From Candidatus Hermodarchaeum yapensis (GTDB lineage Archaea; Asgardarchaeota; Hermodarchaeia; Hermodarchaeales; Hermodarchaeaceae), in the NCBI GenBank assembly GCA_016840405.1, contig JAEOSK010000024.1:1-42448 (forward strand): a stretch of DNA of 42,448 bases, read 5' to 3'. The notes beneath the pieces were generated by a model. The model was not told the origin of the DNA. It worked only from the letters and a program-made list of their open reading frames with translations, and did not search any database. How positions within the stretch are numbered: position 1 is the stretch's first letter; the number at the start of each line of letters is the position of its first letter. Both the position numbers and the translations under genes were made by a program. Below are positions 8,215-18,174 of this stretch, one piece after another.

Positions 8215-9639
8215 CTAAGCCTTTCCTCCAAATGTAACCCCTTTGATGAGGAGCTTTGGTCCTCCTAGTCCTGCAGGAAGTGGATATTGGCCTGCCTTAC
8301 CACACCCACCGAAGTAAGTTCCCTTAAGAGACAAGTCTTTCGTAGCGCCTTCTACTTGAGTCAGTAGCTGCAGGATGTTACCTGAAAGGGCCACCTCTCG
8401 GATGGGATATTGGATTTCCCCATTTTCTACCCAGTATCCTCTATCGGCTTTGAAGAGAAAACTGCCATCCCCTTCCACTTGTCCGCCTGCAGTTTGAATG
8501 GCATAGACTCCTGTACCGAGTTGTTCCAGTGCTTCCTCTTCCGTCAAATCACCAGGCGTGAAGTAGGTATTAGTCATCCGAGGAATAGGGAGAAATCCAA
8601 AATGAACCGCTCGACAATTACTCGTAGGTTCCTGTTCTAATTTCTTGGCGGTTCCTCTGTTCTGTAAGTAATGTCGGAGAATTCCCTTATCAAGCACTGT
8701 CGTCATACTAGCTGGAATTCCTTGGTCATCGTATGGAAGCCATAATCCGCCATTTTTAGTGATATCTGGAATCCCGCCATCAACGATGGTTGCCTGTTCG
8801 GTTCCTAACTTTTCTCCAATTTTTCCTGCAAGAGGTGAGACACCTATTACGACAAAATCACCTTCACTAAGATGTCCAAACGATTCATGGGCTAAGACAC
8901 CAGTAAGATCATTATCTGTCAGGGCAGTGAATTTTCCTATAGGACATGCTTTTGCGGTAGTTTGCTCGGCGGCAGAATCGCCAGTGGCTTTGCCGATATC
9001 TTCGGGAGTAGAATCTTTTTGTTTGAACTTCTCAAGCCCAAAGGACCCTGCCATTCGATGAGAAGCGAACACCAGTTCTCCAGTATTCGTCTTTGAGGTT
9101 ACACGGCAGGGCAAATCAACCACTAAAAAGCTCCAATCGATGTTGGATCCTTCGCTATTAGTGAATATTTTTTGACCATAGAGCTCGCCATAGGCTCCTA
9201 TTATAGTCTGAATTTCTTTTCCTGCATCTCGTGCGGCTCCTACTGCCCGATTTACTAGGTCCATTTTGTAGTCGATATCTTTGGTTTTGGGATGAATCTT
9301 AACAGAATATGTGTCTGTGGGTTTACTCTTCACCGGTGGGCGTTCGTCAAAATCTAACTTCAATAAGGCTGCTGTCGAAGCAGCCTTGGCCATTCGGTAA
9401 GCCCGTTTTACTGCATCTTCAATATCCTTTCTCTCTTCACTCGCAGTAAATGAATACCCCGCGGTTCCATCAAAATAACACGTAACTCCGATCCCTGTCC
9501 GTGATTTCTGGATGATGTCCTTCCATGTTTCATTAACCCGTCTTAATGTGCGAAGAGTCATGTCTTCATATCGCGCCTCGACAAAATCCGCTCCTTGTTT
9601 TTCACCAAAAGATACTGCGGCTTGAAGTTTATCCAACAT
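8215..9639 (-). CDS. tldD: TldD family metalloprotease
   Basis: HESFGH zinc motif, YDDQG, PRMTNT, GGQV, GCGK-GQ, GGP. Confidence 0.92.
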   Translation of the reverse strand: MLDKLQAAVSFGEKQGADFVEARYEDMTLRTLRRVNETWKDIIQKSRTGIGVTCYFDGTAGYSFTASEERKDIEDAVKRAYRMAKAASTAALLKLDFDERPPVKSKPTDTYSVKIHPKTKDIDYKMDLVNRAVGAARDAGKEIQTIIGAYGELYGQKIFTNSEGSNIDWSFLVVDLPCRVTSKTNTGELVFASHRMAGSFGLEKFKQKDSTPEDIGKATGDSAAEQTTAKACPIGKFTALTDNDLTGVLAHESFGHLSEGDFVVIGVSPLAGKIGEKLGTEQATIVDGGIPDITKNGGLWLPYDDQGIPASMTTVLDKGILRHYLQNRGTAKKLEQEPTSNCRAVHFGFLPIPRMTNTYFTPGDLTEEEALEQLGTGVYAIQTAGGQVEGDGSFLFKADRGYWVENGEIQYPIREVALSGNILQLLTQVEGATKDLSLKGTYFGGCGKAGQYPLPAGLGGPKLLIKGVTFGGKA

Positions 9640-9685
9640 TAAAAACCATCCACCGATTTGAGCAATAGCTCTGGGCTAAGAAGGT

Positions 9686-9700
9686 ACAAATATTTAAGCG
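9686..9700. promoter_or_regulatory. Putative shared TATA-like element between divergent tldD and LLM genes
   Basis: ACAAATATTTAAGCG lies roughly midway in the 110-nt divergent gap and reads as TATA-like on both strands. Confidence 0.35.
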
Positions 9701-9749
9701 GTCCTCACCAACCGCGTTTCTATTACATTGTTATTTTGTTGGTGAACGT

Positions 9750-10691
9750 ATGGAATTTGGTGTCCAGATCGAACCTCAGTTTGGCTACACGTTTGATGAT
9801 GTTAGTAAAATCACTGATGTTGCCCTAAAGATGGGGTTCTCGACAATATGGTTTAGCGATCATTTTATGCTCGACAAAGATGCTACGGGCAGGATTCTTC
9901 TGGAGCCCTGGCTTCTTATGACCGCGCTAGCCCAACAGAACCACAAGGTTCGTGTTGGCAGTATGGTCTTCTGTCAAAGTTATCGAAATCCTGCACTCAC
10001 TGCGAAAATGGGGGCTACACTCGATGTGCTTTCCAACGGTCGATTAGAATTTGGAGTTGGTGCCGGGTGGAAAGAAATCGAATACAAAGCCTATGGGTAT
10101 CCCTTTCCGAAACCTATAACCCGAATTAACGAACTTGCTGACACTGTTCAAATAATCCGGGGTATTTGGACCAATGAGCGCTTTTCGTTCAAAGGCAAAC
10201 ATTACCAAGTAGATGACGTCATCTCCTTTCCCAAACCCGTTCAAGATCCAATGCCTATTTGGATTGGAGCTCAAAATGGCAAAGAATACATGCTCCGACT
10301 CACAGCAAAACATGGTGATGGCATCAATATCGCTTGGATGACCACGCCCGAAGACTTAGATCAACGCTTTCAACGGCTTGCCCATCTAGCTAAGAAATAC
10401 GGGCGCGATACTAGTGATATCCAGAAATCTGTCGGACTATGGACACGTATTTTCGAATCTGAGGATGAAATGGAAGATGCCATCATTGAGAACGCCAAGA
10501 CACGAAATATCCCTGTCGATGAATATCGGGAACGAGTTGCACAAGCCCTGTGGGGAACACCGGACTACATGGTGAAACGACTGCGCGAATTTGCGAATAT
10601 TGGTGTCACTCATACTATCTTCATGTTTCCCCATGAACAGGAAACCGCTCAAATCAAAGTGCTTGGTAGATCAGTCCTCTCGAAACTTTAA
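9750..10691 (+). CDS. Luciferase-like monooxygenase (LLM) class, probable F420-dependent oxidoreductase
   Basis: WFSDHF, EPW, YRNPALTAKMGATLDVLSNGRLEFGVGAGW, PKPVQ-PIWIG. GGTGA RBS. Confidence 0.9.
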   Translation: MEFGVQIEPQFGYTFDDVSKITDVALKMGFSTIWFSDHFMLDKDATGRILLEPWLLMTALAQQNHKVRVGSMVFCQSYRNPALTAKMGATLDVLSNGRLEFGVGAGWKEIEYKAYGYPFPKPITRINELADTVQIIRGIWTNERFSFKGKHYQVDDVISFPKPVQDPMPIWIGAQNGKEYMLRLTAKHGDGINIAWMTTPEDLDQRFQRLAHLAKKYGRDTSDIQKSVGLWTRIFESEDEMEDAIIENAKTRNIPVDEYRERVAQALWGTPDYMVKRLREFANIGVTHTIFMFPHEQETAQIKVLGRSVLSKL

Positions 10692-10703
10692 ACGAAAACG
10701 GTA

Positions 10704-11006
10704 TTAGGGGTTTTCTCGTTTCTCAAGGACGCCTTCACGACGTAGCTCAAAAACCACGATATTGTGTGGATCTGGACAGGCAACGTATCCCTTATTCGGA
10801 TCAGGTTCCCAAGGGATGGTTCCATCAAATTCGAGGATTGTGATGAACGGGAACATTGCATTATATGCCCAACGGCAGATCTTTTCCTTTTCTTCAGGTT
10901 TGGACAAGTCGAACTCGTCACCAACTTTGTAGAGCCGGCAAGGCCCTTTCCCGGGTTGGTGTCGTAATTCATGGACGCGTGCTATGATACGATATACTTT
11001 TGACAT
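10704..11006 (-). CDS. TIGR04076-family small Cys protein
   Basis: GPC..YKVGDEF, ICRWAY, ACPDP...VVFEL pattern. Start placed at ATG 11006. Confidence 0.75.
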   Translation of the reverse strand: MSKVYRIIARVHELRHQPGKGPCRLYKVGDEFDLSKPEEKEKICRWAYNAMFPFITILEFDGTIPWEPDPNKGYVACPDPHNIVVFELRREGVLEKRENP

Positions 11007-11075
11007 GAAAATCACGCTCGATGTAGGGGTCATTAACTTCTTCTGGTTTTAATTGTGCGCTTTGTATGGCAAAAA

Positions 11076-11816
11076 TTAGCCAACACGGGATGTGAGTGCG
11101 TCACGATTGAAAAGCTTCACAGCAATTCGGTAGAGTATAATGTCTAAAACAATCAGGATGAGTACTCCCGCATAGAAGATTAACCAGTTAAGACCAGTGC
11201 CGCCTAGGAATCCGGAATACGCAAACGCCATCGCAGGGAGGATAAGAACCCCGCCAGTTTGATATGCTTCATAGACGGTGTTCGCCCGACCTGAAATGAT
11301 GACCATGATTCCAACAGCTAATATTGAGAAAAGAACTGGTAATATGATTGCCTGAATTATAGATAAGAAGTCAGGCCATACTCCAAACAGGGGAGGTGCT
11401 AGTAAGAGGACTAATCCATTCACCATGGCAATCGCCAAAACTAGGTTACTATATGCCACCACTAGTCCTGGGATAAGTGCTGTCAGAAATTTCCCAAAGA
11501 GAAGTTCTCCATCCGTCAATGGTGTTGCTAGTAGGGGAGTTAGTGTGTGGCGTTCCTTTTCCCCAACAATCGAATCGGCTGCAATTAGTATAGGGAGCAT
11601 GATGGGAAGCATGATTATCACAACACCCATTATACTAGCCATCATGAGGTTGAAATACACTGGATCTGTCAATCCCCAAGAGAGGGTGAGAAAAGTCATG
11701 AGTCCACCGAAAATTACTGTCATGACAACGATCATTGCAGGAATCATTTTTACCTGTCGACTTTTGAAGACCATTCGGATTTCTGTCCGAGCCATAATCC
11801 ACGCTTTTTTCAACAT
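11076..11816 (-). CDS. ABC-2 type transporter permease
   Basis: Six hydrophobic segments, AADSIVGEKERHTLTPLLATP...LFGK motif. ATG at 11816 with GGAGG RBS. Confidence 0.9.
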   Translation of the reverse strand: MLKKAWIMARTEIRMVFKSRQVKMIPAMIVVMTVIFGGLMTFLTLSWGLTDPVYFNLMMASIMGVVIIMLPIMLPILIAADSIVGEKERHTLTPLLATPLTDGELLFGKFLTALIPGLVVAYSNLVLAIAMVNGLVLLLAPPLFGVWPDFLSIIQAIILPVLFSILAVGIMVIISGRANTVYEAYQTGGVLILPAMAFAYSGFLGGTGLNWLIFYAGVLILIVLDIILYRIAVKLFNRDALTSRVG

Positions 11817-11817
11817 C

Positions 11818-12759
11818 TTAATTCCCTCCAATCACTTTGAGATAGACATCTTCCAAATCTGGTACTCTTTCACGAAACTCGACTATAAGCTGGTCCGACT
11901 CCATTAAGGCTCGAATGATTTGTGGATTCTTTGTTTCCGCCTCTTCAACTTCAAAGACAACCCGTTCCTTCTCTACTCTTGCAGCTTCAACAAGTCCTGT
12001 GGATGAAATAATCTCTCTCCCTTTTGACAAATCAGCATCCGCTAGTTGAACCTCATAGGTTCGGACTGTCCAAAACTTCCGCCGCAGGTCCTTTGGTCGC
12101 CCCACTTCCACTAATACACCCCGTGAAATAAATCCAACCCGGTCACATAAGTCCTCCACCTCTGATAGCAAATGTGTACAAAGAAAGAAGGTCTGCTTCC
12201 CAACTTCGGCCTGTTCATCAATGAAATCACGGACCCTTTTCGACATAATCGGATCCAGGCTAGAGGTGGGTTCATCCAAAAACACCACTCTTGGGTTATG
12301 AATCATGGAACGAGCAAGTGACAATTTCTGTTTCAAACCAGTCGAAAATGTCGCTGGAGAATCATCCCTTCGATCAGAGAGTTCTAAAAACTCTAAGAGC
12401 CTCTCAATCCGATCTTGGAGCTTTTCCTCCGGAACATCATAAAGCCGCCCAAAATATTCCAGGTTCTTATACGCCGAGAGACGGTCATAATGTGTATTAG
12501 CCCCATCCTCAGGGAGGAGTCCAGTAACAGACCGCACATCAACAGGCGCTTCTAGAACATCATAACCCTCAACTGAGATTGTTCCCTTAGTTGGTTCAAG
12601 CAGAGTGGCAGCGATTTTCACCGTGGTGGATTTTCCAGCCGCGTTTGGTCCCAAAAAACCGAAGACTTCGCCACGTTGAACATCAAGAGATACGTCATTG
12701 ACTGCCGTGATTTTTTCGAATTGCTTTGTTAAATCAGAGATTTCAATCGAATCAGTCAT
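11818..12759 (-). CDS. ABC transporter ATP-binding protein (ABC-2 exporter)
   Basis: Walker A GPNAAGKST, signature FSTGLKQK, Walker B VFLDEPT, H-loop CTH, C-terminal LEDVYL. Confidence 0.93.
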   Translation of the reverse strand: MTDSIEISDLTKQFEKITAVNDVSLDVQRGEVFGFLGPNAAGKSTTVKIAATLLEPTKGTISVEGYDVLEAPVDVRSVTGLLPEDGANTHYDRLSAYKNLEYFGRLYDVPEEKLQDRIERLLEFLELSDRRDDSPATFSTGLKQKLSLARSMIHNPRVVFLDEPTSSLDPIMSKRVRDFIDEQAEVGKQTFFLCTHLLSEVEDLCDRVGFISRGVLVEVGRPKDLRRKFWTVRTYEVQLADADLSKGREIISSTGLVEAARVEKERVVFEVEEAETKNPQIIRALMESDQLIVEFRERVPDLEDVYLKVIGGN

Positions 12760-12930
12760 GAAAAACCCTCGCAATGAGAATATCTAAGATGCTTAAGGAC
12801 ATTATGGAGGAAGCACAAACTAACAAATGAAATGAATGACAACTCTTCCTGTTTCCTTCTCTTGGACTGTACAAGGTGAGAAAACTTAAGACAAAAGTCC
12901 GCAGATACCTTCAGGATTTGGTGGGTTCTA

Positions 12931-14154
12931 ATGAGTGCTCCGCTAAGCTATGACACTGTTGTTTCCGAAAGGCGCCAGCTTCTTCAAACCATCATAACTC
13001 CTGAGACTTCCTTGGTTGGGTATATCTATCCCCATACGCCTTTAGAACTCTTTTTCGCTCATCATCTAACACCGACACTCCTCTGGGCAGATCACAAAAC
13101 CTCTGGAGCCTATGAAGCCAGTCTCCAAACTTTTTGCTGTGCATATTCTAGAAATCTCTTCAGTCAACGGGCGAAGGAACAACTTCCCAAACTGAGTGCC
13201 ATTGCATTTCCTGGAGGCACTTGTGACTCTCTGCAAAATCTTGGAGATGTTTGGCGTGCCCGGTTTCATGAAGACACTGTGCTTCGTTTAACTTATCCAG
13301 TCGCCAGAGACGAAGCCGCCATAACCTATCTCACCGAAGAACTCCGTGGGTTTAGTAACCATTTGGAAGTAACCTTTGGGTCCAAATTTTCAATTGATAA
13401 GTACCGAGAAGCTGTGGCACTCACCGCAGAATTTCGGGCCGCCGCGCAATTCATAGTCGCCGCCCGTATTTTTCAACCATCGATTTATCCATATCCTGAA
13501 TATGCCAAACTAATACGCCAGTTCTTTACCGCTCCGGGTCCCCACACATTGCAACAGGTAGAACAAGTGGCCTCAGAAGTCCAACACGAATTACGAACCA
13601 ATCAATTAATTCCTTCAGCTGAGGCTCTCCGTTATGGGCTTCTCAAAGGTCAAATCCCGGAACTCACGGCTACACCAGAAAGAAAAGGTCCTCGAATAGT
13701 AGTGGTTGGAGGGATGATCGATCCCGAAGGAATAGCCGTTCTGTTTGAAAATGCAAAAATCAACGCAGAAGTGGAAGAAGCTCAAATCGTGCTTGACATT
13801 TTATCTTTCAGTTTTCGAACCGTATTTCACCCTCCATCTAACCTGCAAGGCGACCCCTTTCATGAACTCGCCCAAAGCATTATCTCGGCTCCTGCTGAAC
13901 CCACACAAGAAGGTTTACCAGACCGACTCCACTTTCTTGAGGTAATATTTGACAAGCTCAAAATTGACGGATTAATTATCGCAGAACATTCATTCTGTGA
14001 CCCTGACCAATTCGAAATCCCTGATATGCTCAAAATCGCTGAGAAAAAGAAAGTACTCACCGTACGCCTACCTCTAGATCCCGAGTTCTCAGACAGAGCT
14101 CGAATTGAAGGTCGGCTGCAAAGTTTCTTCGAAACATTAAGTGTTAAACGATAA
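12931..14154 (+). CDS. 2-hydroxyacyl-CoA dehydratase subunit (HgdB/HadC/BcrC family)
   Basis: Fe-S ligand motifs FCCAYSR, TCDSLQNL, FCDPDQFE; RLQSFFE end. Confidence 0.85.
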   Translation: MSAPLSYDTVVSERRQLLQTIITPETSLVGYIYPHTPLELFFAHHLTPTLLWADHKTSGAYEASLQTFCCAYSRNLFSQRAKEQLPKLSAIAFPGGTCDSLQNLGDVWRARFHEDTVLRLTYPVARDEAAITYLTEELRGFSNHLEVTFGSKFSIDKYREAVALTAEFRAAAQFIVAARIFQPSIYPYPEYAKLIRQFFTAPGPHTLQQVEQVASEVQHELRTNQLIPSAEALRYGLLKGQIPELTATPERKGPRIVVVGGMIDPEGIAVLFENAKINAEVEEAQIVLDILSFSFRTVFHPPSNLQGDPFHELAQSIISAPAEPTQEGLPDRLHFLEVIFDKLKIDGLIIAEHSFCDPDQFEIPDMLKIAEKKKVLTVRLPLDPEFSDRARIEGRLQSFFETLSVKR

Positions 14155-14157
14155 AGG

Positions 14158-15402
14158 ATGGATGTAAAAAAGATGTCACAAAAGACAACAACTGAACCAC
14201 CGAAAGAAAAGGCCTACCGAAAACTCTACACAAGCAAGCTACTTCGAGAAACTATGACCCTGCACATCTTAAGTACCAAAACCGCATCACAAAACGGACG
14301 ACTCGTTTGGGTAACATCCGGCTTTCCAGTTGAAATTCCCGTCGCATTTGATACAGTTGCTGCTTACCCAGAGCAATACGGAGCCATCGTGGGTTCGGAA
14401 AAATGCGGTCCGCTTCTCTGTGGGTTTGCCGAAGAACTGGGCTTTTCTCAGGAACTGTGCTCATATGCACGCTCAAGCATAGGATCTGTGAAAAAACCTG
14501 AACAAAGTCCTCTCACAGGTCTTCCTATTCCCCAAGCATTACTTGCTTGCAACAACATTTGCGGAACAGTCCTTGGGTGGTATGAAGCGGTATCCGAAAT
14601 GACTGGGGCCCCAGTCTACCTTGTTGATACACCACCTTTAGAGGGAGATCAACCTCCCCATCATCTTGCTTATGTCAAATCCAACCTCGAGGGTTTAATC
14701 ACATTCATGAGTGAAACCTTCAATCAACCCTATGATGAAGAAAAATTACTGCAAGTTGCTGACCTTTCTAATACCGCTGTGAATCTTTGGACCAAGTCTC
14801 TCGAAGCGTGTAAGAATAAACCCTCACCCTTGAATTGTGCTGATCGATTCCTCTCGATGGCTCCCATTGTGGCTCTGCGAGGAACTCAGCAAGCCATCGA
14901 CTTCTATCAAGCCTTCTATGGTGAAGTCAAAGAACGAGTCAAACAAGGACTTGGTGCCATTCGTGAAGAACGAGTCCGACTCCTTTGGGATAACATCCCA
15001 CCTTGGTTCACCATCTATAACTTCTTCAACACACTTGCGAAGAAAGGCGTCGTTTTCCCTGCCGACTCTTATACCCATGCGTGGTCGGCAAACATTCCCC
15101 GAGGTGAAGCCCTTGAGAGTATCGCCCAAGTTTATAGTAAAATCTGGCTAAATAAGGGGCTCTCGGCGAAAATTGACAAAATGTGTAATCTAATCAAGGA
15201 TTACGAACTTGATGGTTTCGTACTGTTTTCCGTACGTTCCTGTAAACGCTATTCACTGGGCCAAATGGTTACAAAAGAAGTAATCACACGACGAACAGGA
15301 GTTCCAGGTGTCATAATCGAAGGAGATATGGTTGATAGTCAACAATATAATGAGGCACAAGCCGAAACCCGTGTTGACGCCCTATTGGAAATGATTCTCT
15401 GA
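14158..15402 (+). CDS. 2-hydroxyacyl-CoA dehydratase subunit (HgdA/HadB/FldB family)
   Basis: YPEQY, LCSYAR, CNNICGTVLGWYE, RSCK, EGDMVD, TRVDALLE. Start may be ATG 14173. Confidence 0.88.
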   Translation: MDVKKMSQKTTTEPPKEKAYRKLYTSKLLRETMTLHILSTKTASQNGRLVWVTSGFPVEIPVAFDTVAAYPEQYGAIVGSEKCGPLLCGFAEELGFSQELCSYARSSIGSVKKPEQSPLTGLPIPQALLACNNICGTVLGWYEAVSEMTGAPVYLVDTPPLEGDQPPHHLAYVKSNLEGLITFMSETFNQPYDEEKLLQVADLSNTAVNLWTKSLEACKNKPSPLNCADRFLSMAPIVALRGTQQAIDFYQAFYGEVKERVKQGLGAIREERVRLLWDNIPPWFTIYNFFNTLAKKGVVFPADSYTHAWSANIPRGEALESIAQVYSKIWLNKGLSAKIDKMCNLIKDYELDGFVLFSVRSCKRYSLGQMVTKEVITRRTGVPGVIIEGDMVDSQQYNEAQAETRVDALLEMIL

Positions 15403-15414
15403 GGTCTAACCGCT

Positions 15415-16203
15415 TTGGTAAAACAATCCAATTATGGCATTGGAATTGATGTCGGATCCACCACAACAAAGGCAGTGCTCATTGACTCAACAGGTAAGGT
15501 CAGAGCCCGATATCTTCTGGCTACGGGTGCTTCTGCCAAGAAATCTATCCAACGCTGTCTTGATGAACTAGTGTCGCAATCAAAACAAGACCTCTCTGGC
15601 ATCACAATGATTAGCACAGGATATGGTCGGAGTCAAGCCAATTTTGTCAGTAAATCCGTAACCGAAATCACTTGTCATGGGATTGGCATCCATAGTCTCA
15701 ACAAAGAAATTCAAACGCTCATCGACGTTGGGGGTCAGGATTCGAAAGTCATCCGCATCGGTTCTAACGGACGACCCACTGACTTTGAACTAAACGATAA
15801 ATGCAGTGCTGGAACTGGACGCTTCTTAGAAGTGATGGCACAGGTTTTAGAAATTCCAATCCAAGAATTGGGTTCTCTTGCCCTTAAGGCAAAATCTCCC
15901 TCTGTCATTAGTAGCACCTGTACGGTTTTTGCTGAAAGTGAAGTCATTGGACGAATTGGTGCCGGTGACACGCCTGCCAACATTGCTGCGGGAATACACA
16001 AAGCCATGGCTGCCAAAATCGCTACGCTCTCTCAACGAGTGGGAGTGGTAAAACCGGTCGCTGTAACTGGTGGTGTAGCGCTTAATCCTGGATTTCGCTT
16101 CTACCTTGCTAAACAGCTCCAAACAGAACTCTGGGTACCTGATGAGCCACAATATACTGGTGCATTAGGTGCTGCTCTTCTTGCAATTGATACCCACGAA
16201 TGA
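15415..16203 (+). CDS. Acyl-CoA dehydratase activase (HgdC/HadI; BadF/BadG/BcrA/BcrD ATPase family)
   Basis: GIDVGSTTTK, TGYGR, EITCH, IDVGGQDSK, NDKCSAGTGRFLE, STCTVFAESE. Confidence 0.95.
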   Translation: MVKQSNYGIGIDVGSTTTKAVLIDSTGKVRARYLLATGASAKKSIQRCLDELVSQSKQDLSGITMISTGYGRSQANFVSKSVTEITCHGIGIHSLNKEIQTLIDVGGQDSKVIRIGSNGRPTDFELNDKCSAGTGRFLEVMAQVLEIPIQELGSLALKAKSPSVISSTCTVFAESEVIGRIGAGDTPANIAAGIHKAMAAKIATLSQRVGVVKPVAVTGGVALNPGFRFYLAKQLQTELWVPDEPQYTGALGAALLAIDTHE

Positions 16204-16262
16204 GAAACAGTTATGGGTGCACGGAACCAACCCTCCTGACACCCGCGGATAAGTGACTGGAA

Positions 16263-16790
16263 ATGCCAATAATCTCCTATCAAGGGAAAAAACCCAAAAT
16301 TGCAGCTGATGCTTACATTTCACCACGTGCAACTGTAATTGGGTCGACTACAATTGGTGCACGTTGTAACGTTTGGGAACACGCAGTCATCCGGGCAGAT
16401 TATAATACAATTGACATTGGCACGGATACTAGCATACAAGATAATTCCACTGTCCACTGTGACGTCCGGTATCCCACAAAAATCGGTAGTCGCGTGATCC
16501 TGGGTCATAACGCGGTCGTTCATGGGTGTACAATTGAAGATAACGTACTCATAGGCATTGGAGCTGCAATACTTAACGAAGCCCACGTAGGTCAGCGTTC
16601 AATTATTGGGGCTGGCAGTCTGATCCCTCCTGGAAAAAAGATTCCCCCAGAAAGTGTCGTCGTCGGAGTACCCGGCAAAGTCATTCGATCAATCACGCAT
16701 GTCGATCGGTTTGAGCTTGATAATAATTGGCAAATCTATGTGGAACTCGGTCGAAGGTATCAAAAAGAACTTCGGGAAGAAACGGATTAG
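16263..16790 (+). CDS. Gamma-carbonic anhydrase family (YrdA/PaaY/CaiE-like) hexapeptide-repeat protein
   Basis: IRAD, IQDNSTVH, GHNAVVHGC, GVPGK. Confidence 0.92.
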   Translation: MPIISYQGKKPKIAADAYISPRATVIGSTTIGARCNVWEHAVIRADYNTIDIGTDTSIQDNSTVHCDVRYPTKIGSRVILGHNAVVHGCTIEDNVLIGIGAAILNEAHVGQRSIIGAGSLIPPGKKIPPESVVVGVPGKVIRSITHVDRFELDNNWQIYVELGRRYQKELREETD

Positions 16791-16920
16791 GATTTTTTTG
16801 GAGTCGGGATTTGCAGATAGAATATATTTTATAGTGGTAAGATAATCTGGCTCCCGTAGGCAAGAGCACAACTTTTTAGTCAAGTGCCTGCCAACAACTC
16901 GCGAAAATACCTATTACTAG

Positions 16921-18030
16921 GTGGCAGCCGTGAAAACTACTATCACACTCATCAAAGCCGATATTGGGAGCATAGGCGGACACATTCGCACCTGTGACGT
17001 AACTACTGACGTTGTCTGCCAAGCAATTGACAAAGCTCATCAATCGGAACTCATCATCGACTACAAAATCTGGAACGCTGGCGATGACACCGAGATATTA
17101 ATGACACACACTCGAGGCGTCGATGACGAAGAAATCCACAAAGTAGCCTTTGATGCTCTAATGGAGGGCGCAAAAAATGCAAAGGAACGAGGATTGTATG
17201 GTGCCGGTCAGGACATCCTGAAGGAGGCCTTCAGTGGCAATGTCCGGGGAATGGGACCTGGTGTCGCGGAAATGGAGTTTGAAGAACGCCCCGCCGACCC
17301 CTTCGTCGTCTTCACCGCTGACAAGACAGCACCTGGTGCATTCAATTATCCGATATTTCGTGTCTTTGCAGATCCCTTCAATACAGCAGGATTGATCATT
17401 GATCCTAAGTTACACGACGGGTTCATCTTTGAAGTGTATGACATCAAAAATGATAAAATGATCAAGATGGACACACCCTCTGAACTCTATGACCTCTTAG
17501 CCCTCATTGGCGCGACAGAAGACTATGTCATCAAACGAGTCTACTCAAAGGACAAATCTCGAGGTATTGCTGCAGCAATTTCCACCGAGAAACTCTACGC
17601 CGTCGCAGGAAAATACATTGGTAAAGATGATCCTGGTGCAATAGTGCGTGCACAAAGTGGATTCCCCGCTACCGGTGAAATTCTTGAAGGCTTTGCCCTT
17701 GGGCACCTTGTAACGGGATGGATGCGTGGCAGTCACAATGGTCCCCTCATGCCTGTTCCACTACACTACTCGCAGTGTACACGTTTCGATGGACCACCAC
17801 GTGTGACGGGGCTAGCCTTCAGTATGAAAGATGGCAAACTCACTGAACCGCTTGATGTGTTCGATGATCCTGCCTGGGATATCACCCGCGATCAATGCAT
17901 GTATGTTGCTGATTACCTTCGACGGCATGGTCCCTTCGAACCCCATCGACTCCCCCCTTCATCCATGGAATACACTACCCTTCCAAACGTCCTTAACCGG
18001 TTGAAAGAACGCTTCAAACCCGTAAAATAA
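16921..18030 (+). CDS. fbp: Bifunctional fructose-1,6-bisphosphate aldolase/phosphatase (class V)
   Basis: KADIGSIGGH, YGAGQD, DPFNTAGL, GKDDP, GWMRGSH, RFDGPP, RRHGPFEPHRL, MEYTT. Confidence 0.97.
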   Translation: MAAVKTTITLIKADIGSIGGHIRTCDVTTDVVCQAIDKAHQSELIIDYKIWNAGDDTEILMTHTRGVDDEEIHKVAFDALMEGAKNAKERGLYGAGQDILKEAFSGNVRGMGPGVAEMEFEERPADPFVVFTADKTAPGAFNYPIFRVFADPFNTAGLIIDPKLHDGFIFEVYDIKNDKMIKMDTPSELYDLLALIGATEDYVIKRVYSKDKSRGIAAAISTEKLYAVAGKYIGKDDPGAIVRAQSGFPATGEILEGFALGHLVTGWMRGSHNGPLMPVPLHYSQCTRFDGPPRVTGLAFSMKDGKLTEPLDVFDDPAWDITRDQCMYVADYLRRHGPFEPHRLPPSSMEYTTLPNVLNRLKERFKPVK

Positions 18031-18174
18031 GCCGGGTTTTGGTAGTTAGTAACTTGCTCTCAATAATCAGTGGACAACAGAAGAGACGTCAACACTACCC
18101 TGAGGCAGTTATCTCTTTCATTTGATGAAGAAGCCTTTAAAGACAAAGTCATCACAAGCTTCGTAGTGGTTATA

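Noticed and set aside
16859-16892. Possible hairpin in the fbp 5' leader (GGCA..GCAC/GTGC..TGCC)
   Set aside because: Short interrupted stems; no recognisable riboswitch consensus.
18070-18174. N-terminal extensions in the ORF track (dppA; likewise argS, porG, porA and the membrane protein at 33275)
   Set aside because: Family N-termini and RBS positions point to downstream starts.
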